Origin: Chiloscyllium plagiosum
Taxonomy: Eukaryota
Length of the DNA stretch: 64,000 nucleotides
Direction of reading: 5' to 3'
Assembly: GCF_004010195.1 (NCBI RefSeq)
Contig: NC_057750.1
Location: 18,107,466 to 18,171,465, forward strand
A program made the position numbers and the translations under genes. Shown in pieces: positions 13,601-25,600 of the stretch (its first letter is position 1; every line of letters starts with the position of its first letter). The notes beneath the pieces were generated by a model, which did no database searches, was not told where the DNA came from, and was given only the letters and a program-made list of their open reading frames with translations.

Positions 13601-16600
13601 CACACAAACGAAGTTGCATCAAGACACTATTCAAAAGGGCCACAACACACTGCAGCACACCAGAACTGCAAAAAGAGGAAGAGGAACACCTATACAAGGT
13701 ATTCGCAAAAACAGATATCCTCGCAATTTCATCAACAGATGCCGAAGGGAAAGACAACTAGGAATTCCCTGGCTGTTCTTTGTTTCGCTTGCCCTATAAT
13801 GGTCGTGTTGTCCCAGTCAAATTCATGTTGCTTGTCGTCTGTGTGTGTGGCTACTAGGGATAGCTGGGACAACACTACCATTATAGGGCAAGCCAAACAG
13901 AGAACAGCCAGGGAATTCCTAGAAGCATGGCACTCATCCACAAACTCCATCAACAAACACATAGACCTGGACCCAATATACCGACCACTACAGCGGACAG
14001 CTGAAACTGACAACCGGAAGTGGCAGGGACAGGTCACTATAAATGCCGGAGGAAACACCACAGAAGTGCTTCACAGGAGGCTCCCAAGCACTGAGGATGT
14101 CACCTAGACAGGGTACGAAACGTTTGCAACAAAAACTTCCAGCTCGGCGAACAGAACCACAGCAACAGTATTTATTCTTTAATCACAAAGGGAGCTTGTT
14201 CTATATACATTAGGCTATTAAGCCATTTGGGATGGTCTTATGGAAATGTGGAAGATGCTGTTTAAATACAAGCCTTCCTTCCATTTTAGCTATGTTGCCC
14301 CAAAGCTAAAAACAGGCATCAAGCCATGGTGGAATACAAACAGTGTGCTGATATTCCACCACTACATAATGCTCAGCGTTTGCTTTAGACAATTTGCTGC
14401 ATCAGCAATACCATAAAAATACAAGACACCAGTGTATAACAACCCTCAGTCTGGCATCACCTCTCCCCACAATCAAATCCCTCTGTCACTTTGTCCCTCA
14501 TCGTTTAGTATCACTTGATGACTAAGATTCTGATTTCCAGTATATCTCCAATTGCTATTATCCTGCCAATGAATACCATGCTTTTGGCTGTCTAAGATCC
14601 ATGTTCTGGAATTCCTGCACTAAACCTCTTTCCTACAAAAACATTTCTTAAATTCTCTTCTTAAAATGAATTTGTTAAAGTAATGCATGCATAACTGTAA
14701 TGACCTCCTCTCTGCTCAACAATTTACTGGGTATTATCAATTGTGCTAACTGGTCGACAGATTGCTGGGTCTTTTAACTAATTATTGAGTTCCCAGTGAT
14801 AAGTGGTAGTCAGGACTCTTATGGCACACTGTCCTGCCTCTGAGTAAAAAGACTTGGGTTCAAGTCCCACATGCTCCAGAAGTGTGCCATAACATAACTG
14901 AACAGGCCGAATGAAAATATCCACTAAGTGACAGTTCAAACAGTCTAAATAAAGAAAGTTCAATCTTCTCAACCTGGTAAGAACCAGATAAGCAGAAAAT
15001 CTGCTCTCCACATCTGCCACAACATGAAAGCACAAAGCAGAAAATTCTTGCGGTTCTCAGATCCAAGTGCTTGCTGCAACCAAAGAATCATGATCGATTT
15101 CCTATTATGGCAGTTTTCATTTCAAAGAAGGAAACTGCAGTGACTGTATTGAGGTCAGCCGAGTGGACCTCAGAGTATGAATTCCCTGATTGGGGTGGTC
15201 AATCTGGTCCAATCAGGGAGCCCTGGCTGACAGATATAAAAACAGGGGTTACCGCGGTTAGGCGGTAGTGTGGGGGTTAAAAAAGAGAAAAATATATATA
15301 TAAAAACAGAAAAAAAAATTAAAAAAATAAAAACAGGAGTGTCAGAGGTTCAGTTCACTTTGACAGCTGGCTCTAATAGCGTTGATTCAGTGTCAAGGGC
15401 TCACCATGTATAAATAAAGGGTAATTTGGTGATAGGATATCGGCCTCTGTGCAGTTATTTCAGTGGTGACAAGAGAAAAGCACACTCCTGAAGAAATTTG
15501 ATCGCAACAGTTGTTTTTGAGTTGGGATTAGCATTTCTGGCATCGTGCTATTGTTTGGGAAACTTGACTCAGTCGATCCTGCCATTTAAGACTGGGCTCA
15601 GTATGTGGAAAGAATGTGTTTGTTTTAAATGGGGAAATGAAAAGCATTGAGTAATTCTCCTGAATGCTTCAGGACCCACAACCTTTTTGGTTATATGGAG
15701 CCTAACTTTCCCTGAGGCCCCAGATACTAAAACCTTTCAAGCGTTAATGTATTTAGTTAATGAATAATACCACCCAAACCCTTTTCTAATTCTGAGACAA
15801 TATCGGCTTTGCTCAGCAATTCAAGAGCCAGGGGAATCTATATCAGAGTTTTTGACTAGGTTAAGATGACTGGCAGAGGCATGTGACTTTGGTTTAATCC
15901 TTAACGAGATGCTAAGAGACCAGTTGGTATGTGGGATTACTGATGTAACCAAGCAAAAGTGCTTAGTAGCTGAAGCCCAGCTGGATTTCAAGCTGGCATT
16001 ACAACTGGCTTTATCATTGGAAAATGCAGCATATGGAGCATATCAGTTGCGGGGTATTCTGATGGAAGTGGACACCCATGCCAATCAACTAAGCATGGAG
16101 AGCACTACTTGAGTGAAGGTAATTGCATAGCCTCACTCAGGGCATATACTGATCAGAGGGACTCTCTGTTGGCCCAAAGTAAAACCTCAAAACAAAGTCA
16201 AGCCTCAACCCAACGGTTAAAATTTCCTTTAGGATCCCCAGTTGGCAAGGCATTATAGTCACCAGTGTGCAGACTCGAGACAGGAAAAAACAAAAGAGTC
16301 CCACTAGGCCTGAACTGAGTAAGGGAACTGTATTGGCTGGTAAACCAGAGATTGCACACCCTGGAAAGTCCACCGATATCTGGTTTGGAACAGTTGAATT
16401 GCTAAGCAACATCCAAATCAGAACCAATCAAAATAAGCATCTGGTTAAATAGTCACCCAGTTCTAATGGAGGTGTGGCCACCAGTGTGGCCTTTTCAGTG
16501 ATAGCGGAACCAGTCTTTATCAAAACTCACCCTGGACTCCAACCCTTAAATTTGTACAAGATCTCAGCTACACTGAGAACCTATACTGGGGAGCTTTTAC

Positions 16601-19600
16601 AGATTAAGGCTACAACTTTGGTTCTGGTTTCTTAAGAGAAGTAGCTGGTTCAGTTATCACTGATTGTAGCAAAAGGTTTGGGCAAGCTCGATGGAGAAAG
16701 GTTCACCTAGAATGGCTGAACAGTTTTCGATTAGAAAATGGCTGCCTGAGCAAAGTCCTAATACCTGTACGTTTTTCAGGAAGGGTTTGGGACTATCATT
16801 GGAGCCAAGGCCACCTTTCATCTTGACCAGGAAACAATTTCACAATCGGACAAGGTCCAGCTAATGTCATTTGCCTTATGGGCAAAAGTAGAAGCAGAAA
16901 CCAGAAGTCTGGAAGATGAAGGAATTATCAGTCCAGTCCACTTTGCAGAACAGACAGCATCAGTTATACTGATTTGTGAAGCCCAACGAGTTGGTTCACC
17001 TTTGTGGGCATTTTAAACAAATGGTAAACAGCTTTTCGCAGCTGGATAAACTTCCAATCCCTCGTATAGAGGATTTATATGCAAAGCTGCAGCAGATGCC
17101 GCCCCTGCTGGACATAAGCCACGCGTACTTGCAATTACGGTCAGAGGAGGATTCCCGGAAGTATGCCATAATTAATACCCATAAGGGCTTGCACCAACAT
17201 ACAAGACTGCCATTTGGGGTATCGTTAGCCCACGCAATTTTTCAGTGCACAATGGAGAACATTTTACAAGGTCTACCCCGATTACCCATCTACCTAGATG
17301 ATGTGCTATTAACAGGGAAGACCAATAAGGAGCACTTAGAGAACTTGGACATAGTCCTTAGATGTTTCTCCCAGGCAAGCATATGCCTTGGAAGGGAAAA
17401 TTGTACACTCCTACTTGGTCTATAGAGTCAGACCAGGTTACACCCGTTGAAGGTAAAGTGTAGGCACCCACGTCTGTTTAGGTTTTTCCTTGGGCTGGTG
17501 AATTATTATGTAAAGTTCTACATAACCTGGCCCTCATCCTGGCATCTTTGCATCAACTCATAAAAAAGGGTCAGCATCAAATGTGATTGCATAGCCAAGC
17601 CACAGCTTTCAGGGAAGTGAAGAAACAGCTATCATCCCCTCAGGTGTTGGCACACGATGAGCCCAAGCAAGATCTGGTATTGACATACAATGCCTCCCCA
17701 TATAGCAATGGGGTAGTATTAACTCATAGGTGTCTCAATAGTGAGGAACACCCAAAAGCATACTGCACCCAGGTCTTTGGTTAATGCAGAGCATATATAT
17801 GCCCCGACAGAGAAGGCAGGCTTGACAGTCATATTTGGAATCAAGAAGTTCCACTGATAAATTTACAGACATCAATTTGTAATAATAACAGACCACAAAC
17901 CACTGCTTGATCTACTTAAAGCAGAAAAGGCACTACCGCCCATTACTTTCAAGCCGAGTTAAGCAATGGGCTTTAATACTAAGTGCATATACTGTCTGGG
18001 AGGCCAAGTAGCAAATGTGGATGCATTGAGCCACACACCACTGGCAGGCACACCATTTCTGGTACTGGATGAACTTGACCTGGTGCTGAAATGCCCCAGG
18101 AGGAGCTTAAAAAAAGAACCAGCTTTTTTCCTTGGACTTAGAGGGGGAGGGATCTACTGATTTGAATAAGGTCAGCCAGGTGGACCTCAGGAGTTTCCTG
18201 ACTGGGGCTATTAACCTGGTTCAATCAGGGAGCCCTGTTTTACAGATAAGGACAGGGTGTGTCAGACAGCCTGTACACTCTGAGCTGGCTCAGTGGGAAC
18301 TGAATCAGTATCAAGGACTCTCTACATATAAATTTTCCCGCGTATTGAGTCGGGTATTACAAGGGGGCATAGCTTTAAATTAAGGGGGGGTAGATATAGG
18401 ACTGATGTTAGGGGTAGGTTCTTCACTCAGCGAGTCGTTAGTTCATGGAATGCCCTGCCAGTAACAGTGGTGGACTCTCCCTCTTTATGGGCATTTAAGA
18501 GGGCATTGGATAGGTATATGGAGGATAGTGGGTTAGTGTAGTTTAGGTGGGCTTGGATCGGCGCAACATCGAGGGCCCAAGGGCCTGTACTGCGCTGTAT
18601 TCTTCTATGTTCTATGTTCTATATGTTCTAAATGAAGGGTGACTTAGTGATGGGGTACTGGCCTCTGTGGAGTTATTTGAGAAACTAGTCAGTTGTGTTC
18701 TGAACTGGTCTACCAACTGATTGCTCAACCTCCTGCTAAAAGGCGATTTAACTTCTATCCAGATTACATCCATACAAGTGGAATTGGCTCATCTAACACC
18801 CATCATGTAGGAGGAAAAGAATTTTAAAAATGACTTCTGCAAGCATTTTACCAAACGCAGATTTCTGGCAGTATCAAGATTGCATCTTTTTCAGATCTCT
18901 TTTTGGGATAGGTGGAGGGGGCTTAGAAGTAACGTAACTCACAAAACATGGAATTAAATCACTTCTTTTCCATTTTAGACCATTCATACACACTATCTTC
19001 AATAATAGTTTGTTTCCAATCATCAATACTGGTGTGTCACCATCATCATCGCCCAATACAAGTCACTGTTGGATGGAGGAAAGTATCTTAACATTTCAAG
19101 TCCAAAAGGAATTATTCAGAACTGATGCTCTGAAGAAAACTGATCTATACTCAAAATGCTAGCTTACTCTCCCTCCCCTTGGATGCTGCCTGACTCACTG
19201 TGACCACTAACATTTTTTGCTTTCTGTACATACTTCAGCATCTGCAGCAATTTGCTCCGGAAAATATCTTACCAGCTATTGGCACTAGTGTAGATTCCTC
19301 ATTGTTCCCCTTTGCAGCCGACATTAACTAAAAAAGAACAGAGCACAAGAATTTTAAACTTCATATATAGTTTTACACAAACATTCCTCTTACCCATTTC
19401 TTTGACAGTACAAATGGAGTCTGACATCAAGTTAAAGGGAAAGGCAGTAAAACCATTAGTCTATGGATCAAATCAAAAGACATGTAAACACATCGGACTT
19501 ACAGATGGCCCTGGAGAAACAGGAGTCCTGTTATGATCGTAATTCTCACTATGCTTCCCACAAACAGCAGCATCACTTTTCTGAGTTTTAACTTTCTTCT

Positions 19601-22600
19601 CTCCTGTGTAAAATACAGAACATTTACTTTCAATCTGCAAACATGGAGGGCAGGTGCCTGATACAAATCCCTGACCGTCAAAAGTAAGTAAAACAAACTG
19701 AGCTATCTGTTACAGTGAAAGGTCACAGAGTCATAAAGCATGGGAATACGCCCTTTGGCTCAACTCATCCATGCCAACCAGGTTTCCTAAACTGAACTAG
19801 TCCCATTTGCCTGTGTTCAGCACATATCCCTCTAAACCTTTCCTATTCACATACCCTCCCGAATGTCTTTTAAATATTATAATTGGACCTACGGGTACTA
19901 CTTCCTCTGGCAGATTATTCCATACATGCAGTACGCTGTCTGAAAAGGTTGCCCCTTGGGTGTCTTTTAAATCTTTCCTCTCTCACCTTCAACCTATGCC
20001 CCTGGTTCTGGATCTCCGTACATTGGGAAAATGACCTTGGCTATTCACATAATCTAAGCCCCTCATAATTTATAAACATCTATAAAGTCAGCCCTCAGTC
20101 TTCTATGCTCCAGGGAAAAAATTCCCAGCTTATCCAGCTTCTCCTTATAACTTAAAATCTTCCAGTTTCCTTGTAAATCGTTTTTGCACTCTTTCCAAGA
20201 TAAGAAGAAACTTTAGTTGTTAGAATTTGGAACGTAGTGGAGGCAGATTCCATCAGTGGTTTCAAGAGAGAGCTGGATATATAAGTAGAAGTGAATTTAG
20301 AGGGCTGCGGAGATAGAGAAGAATGGGACTGTGAAATTCAATGGTTCTATAACATCCTTCCTGTAGCAGAACAACCAGAATTGTACACAGTACTCCAAGT
20401 GTGGCCTTACCAATGTTTTATACAGATGTAACCATGATGTCCCATCTGATAAAAAGATTTGTTTTGAAGAGAGGAATGATGATGGAACATTTAAAACAAA
20501 GGGGGACAATCATGAGAAATGTTAATAATATCAGCTAACATGGGGAGTAAAGCAGCATGGTGGCTGATTAGCAGTTTAATAGGGTTAGGCCAAGGGAGCA
20601 GGCAGTGCATCTCATGCACCAAGTGAGCTCACTGACGTGTTTCAGGAAGTATATCCTTGGAAGTTTTCTCACTGTGGTAATTAGGTCACAAAGCCACAGG
20701 TTGAAACAGGAGGAGAAATCAAAGAGTAAAGATAAGGAAGTTGAAGTTCAATTATCAGAAACTATTTTTGAGTGAATGTTTGAGGAAAAAACAACAGGTC
20801 AAAGACAAAGTAGACAATATTAGTTCACAAATTAGCAGAATTACAACAAGATGAAAAATAAAGCAGTTTTATCAAAAAGCATACACAGAAGAATTTGAGT
20901 GTATCCCAGAATACTACTACCTAAAAAATGAAGTCTTGAGGAGGAAATGAGCACATCATATATTCAGGTGGGTGGAAAACGGGGAATTCATCGTCTTGAA
21001 ACATCAACTTGTTCTATCCACTGATGCTGCCTGACCCACTGAATTTCTTAAGAATTTTACATTCTTCCTTCATATTTAAGCAGCCACAGTAAAAACAATT
21101 ATGCTCCAGATATACATTTGATTTGCACAGGCTTTTTTTAAACCCTCATGTTGAAATGGTTTGCCATGGCCAAAGTATGAATCAGTGATTTCTTCTGAAA
21201 TATGAAGTGACACATCAAGTGTGCATGTCTGTGCGTTCGGTAGTGGTGGTGGGACCTTTCCTCCAGCTGTTTGCCAGAAGTGAGGATGTTTCTCATGACT
21301 GTGCAATCTTCAGCATCAATCATGACTCCTCACATACTGAAGCGGGACATGCCCAAATGCAGCAAGACCAGACATTATCCAGGTACGGGCTGGCAAGTGA
21401 CAAATAACATTCGCACCACACAAGAGCTGGCAATAAACATCTCCAACAAGACAGGATCTAATATCACCCCATGAGATTCAGTGACATCACCATCAGTGAA
21501 ACCTACTCAATGGTAACCATTGACCAGAACAGAACTAGACTAGTTTTAGAAGTACTGTGACTGCAAGAATGGGTCAGAGTTTGGGAATCCTGCAGCAAGT
21601 AACTCACTTCCTGACTTCCCAAAGCCTGTTCATCATCTACAAGGCACAAATCAGGAGTGTGATGGAATATTCCCCACTTGCCTGGAAGAGGTGCAGCTCC
21701 AACAACATTCAAGAAGCTTGACTCCACAAACAAAGTTGATTGACATCACATCCACAAACAGTCAGCCCCTCCACTACTGATGCTCAGTAGCAGCAATGTG
21801 TATTATCTACAAGATGCACTGCAGAAATTCACCAAGACTCCTCTGACAGCTTCCAGACTCATGACCATCATCATCTCAAAGGAAGAACAAAGGAAGCAGT
21901 TACATGGGAACACTACCTGCAATTCCCTCTCAAAGTCTCACACCATCCTGACTTGAAAATATATTACTGCTCCTTCAGTGTTGCTAAGCCAAACTTCTTA
22001 ATGGATTTATGGGTGCACCCCACCAAATGGACTTCACCAATTCAAAAGGGCAGCTCACCACAACCTTCCAGGGCAATTAAGGATGGGCAATAAATATTGG
22101 CCCAGCCTGTGTCACCCACATCCTCTGAATGAAAATACATGCCCCTAATTTTCTACTACCAAAATGCACCAATTCATATTTATCGAAGTCACACTATGTT
22201 ACTATTATACAAAGTGTATCTTAAAATACAACTGCTTTTAAACACCTAGTAAATTCATACAGGCAGATGATATTTTGCCTTTAGCACTGTGCATTCCTGG
22301 ACAGACAATTTGCACTTTGTTGATGACACTAAAGGCAGATGGCACCATAAATAGTCGATGGGAGCAGCAAGTAGCAAAAGTACATCGATAGATTAATTCA
22401 TTAAACTCTAATCTGCTACAAATATATCCAATGTGAAGTCAGAAGTCATCAATTTTGGACCCAAGGAAAATAGATCAGAGCATTTTATCTATGGCAAAAA
22501 GCTAGAAAACGTGGAGCAGCAGTGTTTTCAGTTGATTTTCAGAAATCACCAGGTGATAATGGATTGATACAAAATGACGTTTCTGGAACAAAATATCAAC

Positions 22601-25600
22601 AACAATATAACAGCAATAGGAATTGAACTAACTTCAGAGGGGCTGGTATCTTGTCACCAAGTCATCTTTATTTACACATGGAGAGTCCTTCACACAGATC
22701 TAGCTCTCTCAGAGCCAGCTCTCAAAGTGAACTGGATGTCTGACACTCCTGTTCATACCTATCATGACACTGGATGATACATGCATTTAAGGTGAGAGGT
22801 GGAAAGTTCAAAGGAGAAGTGAGGGGCAAATCTTTTTTTGCACAGAGTGGTGAGAGTCTGGAACGCACTGCCAGAGGTGGTGGCAGTTAAAGCAGATATG
22901 ATAAGAGAATTTAACTGATTTTTAGATTTTAAGGGATTTTTAGATAAGTACATGACTGTGCAAGGAATGGAGGGATATGGACCAAGGGCAGGCAGAAGGG
23001 ATTAGTTTCACTTCGCATCATGTTCGGCACATCATGGGCCGAAGGGCCCATTCCTGTGCTGTACTGTTCTATGTTCATGCTGTGCAATATATCCCTAGCT
23101 TCAAACTTTTGTTATACAAATCATGTATACAATTATTTCACACTTTCAGCCTCCAGCATTCTCTTGAACAATCAAATACCAAGCTATTTTTAAGTGAAAA
23201 CATTGAAACCAAATGAAGTAGATTTAAAAATTTGAAAAAAAGTGTTTCTCTCTTTTTTTTAAATGGCAATAACAATTTTGATATATTGATTAATGATGAT
23301 TATCACAAGGCAACGTGTGAAGTACTCAGAGTCGTTTGGAGACGTGGTGACCATAAGAAATCTGCCCCTCAAACGTGCTCCACCATTCAATAGGATCACA
23401 GCAATACCGACATTCCTCATGTCCACTTCCCTGCATTTTCCCCATTAACCCTTGAGGCACTATAAAGTGGAAACCTGGGCTACTGAGGAGGATGTCAAGG
23501 CTTAGAACAGGATAACTGAAAGGCTAGCAGGAGGTAGTGACTTCAATTATGTGGAGAGCCTGGAGAAACTGGGGTTGTTCTCTTTAAAGCAGAGGTTTAA
23601 GATGAAATTTCACAGAAATGTTCAGTTTTAAGAATGCTTTTTATACACCAAGTAAGAAAAATTACAGCATGTTGCTGTGCAGAGGGGCCTGGGTGTCCTC
23701 GTGCACCGAGGCGGCACGGTGGCACAGTGGTTAGCACTGCTGCCTCACAGCGCCAGAGACCCGGGTTCAATTCCCATCTTGGGCAACTGTCTGTGTGGAG
23801 TTTGCACATTCTCCCCGTGTCTGCGTGGGTTTCCTCCGGGTGCTCCAGTTTCCTCCCACAGTCCAAAGATGTGCAGGTTAGGTGAATTGGCCATGCTAAA
23901 TTGCCCATAGTGTTACGTGAAGTGGTAAATGTAGGGGAATGGGTCTAGGTGGGTTGCTCTTTGGAGGGTCGGTGTGGACTTGGTGGGCCGAAGGGCCCGT
24001 TTCCACACTGTAAGTAATCTAATAATTACAAAACATTGATCTGCAAATGCAGAAGGTAATTAAGAAGGCAAATGGAATGTTGTCCTTCATTGCTGGAAGG
24101 ATGGAGTTTGATAATAGGGAGGTATTGTTGTAGCTTTATAAGATACTGGTGAGGCCACACCTGGAGTACTATGTACAGTTTTGGTCTTCTTACTTGAGAA
24201 AGGATGTACTGGCGCTGGAGGGGGCGCAGCGGAGGTTTATTTGGTCGAATCCGGAATTGAGGGGTTGGCTTATGAGGAGAGATTGAGTAGACTGGGACTA
24301 TGCACATTGGAATTTAGAAGAATGGGGGGAGAGGATCTTACAGAAACTTATAAAACAATGAAAGGAATAGATAAGATGGTAGCAGGGAGGTTGTTTCCAC
24401 TGGTAGGTGAAACTAGAATTAGGGTGCATAGTTCAAAATAAGGGGGAGCAGATTTAGAACTGAATTGAGGAGGAAATACCTCACCCAAAAGATTGTGAAT
24501 CTGTGGAATTCCCTGCCCAGTGAAGCAGTTGAGGCTACATCATTGAATGTTCTTTTAAGGCAAGGATAAATAGACTTTTGAACAATACAAGAATTGAGGG
24601 TTACGGTGAGCAGGCGGATAAGTGAAGCTGAGTCCACAAAAAGATCAGTCACGATCTTATTGAATAAGGTCAGAAAACAAATCAAACCGGGTTATAGTCG
24701 AACAGGTTTATTTGAAATCACAAACTTCTGGAGCACTGCCGTATTGTCAGGTGAAGAAGGGGCAGCGCTCCAAAAGCTTGTGATTTCAAATAAACCTGTG
24801 GACCTGGTAATAAATCTGGTATTGTGTGACTTCTGACCTTATCCACTGCAATCCAACACCAGCACCTCCACATCATGGCTGTGATCTTACTGAATGGCAG
24901 CACACGCTCGATGGGCCAAATGGCCGACTTCAATTTCTTATGTAAATCAGTTTTCAGTGATAGAAGCTTCAGTAACCAGAAGATTGAAATTTTAAAACGA
25001 CTTGCAAAAGAGCCAGGGAGAGGATTTTTTTCTTAGAAACACTGGAACAATTTCAGGTGACTGAATTATGCACCTGAATGGGTGAAGAAAGCAAATTCAA
25101 TAGTAGCTTTCGAAAGATATATTGGACAAATGGGAGAGATGAAAACATTTACATAGCCAGCCATAAAAGTAAGACATAATTTGATCATTCTGTCAGAGCC
25201 ATTCTGTGTCAAATGGTCTCCTCCAGTGTTGAATCATCCAGTAAAATAACTTATTGACTGAATGGCCTCACTTAGGAGGCCTGTAAACAGTTGTATTTCC
25301 AGATTCACTTTCAAGATTGAAACAATTTTTTTTTACAAGCATAAATCTCTAAAGGCCACAAATGTTGTAGACAGGTTGTCAACGGTGCACCACAATGGAT
25401 CAGGTTTACCAGTGATTAATGGATAAAAAGAGCAAAATTTTTAAAATCACTACACTTAATGTTGACATTGGTGAAGTTAGAAAATAAGCCTTACCAGAGA
25501 GTACAGCGATTATTTTTAACAATGCCTTGTGTTTTTTCATCAGCAGCTTTTTCTCCAAATAGAGTTTATGCCCTTGCTGACACAAGTTTTGAATTTCACT

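Larger units (their letters stand above)
13140..14282 (+). mobile_element. Decayed tRNA-derived DeuSINE-like element interrupted by the Penelope insertion
   Basis: tRNA-like head gtggctcagttggcaacact...gggttgaaatc at 13145-13200; a tail-like tttgggatg...gctgtttaaatacaagccttcc resumes at ~14168-14282. Confidence 0.45.

Noticed and set aside
18852..18921. Candidate exon [16 protein letters not shown]...
   Set aside because: Weak AAG acceptor, and it ends in phase 2, incompatible with the phase-1 exon at 11944; the model closes without it.
19394..19460. Longer 67-nt version of the microexon (TNGFTAFPF...)
   Set aside because: It would need a 42-nt intron, and it ends in phase 1, which puts a stop in the next exon.
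23710..23780. tRNA-like sequences (also at 54233, 57317, 59955, 43030 and 13145)
   Set aside because: These are SINE heads followed by SINE bodies, not tRNA genes.
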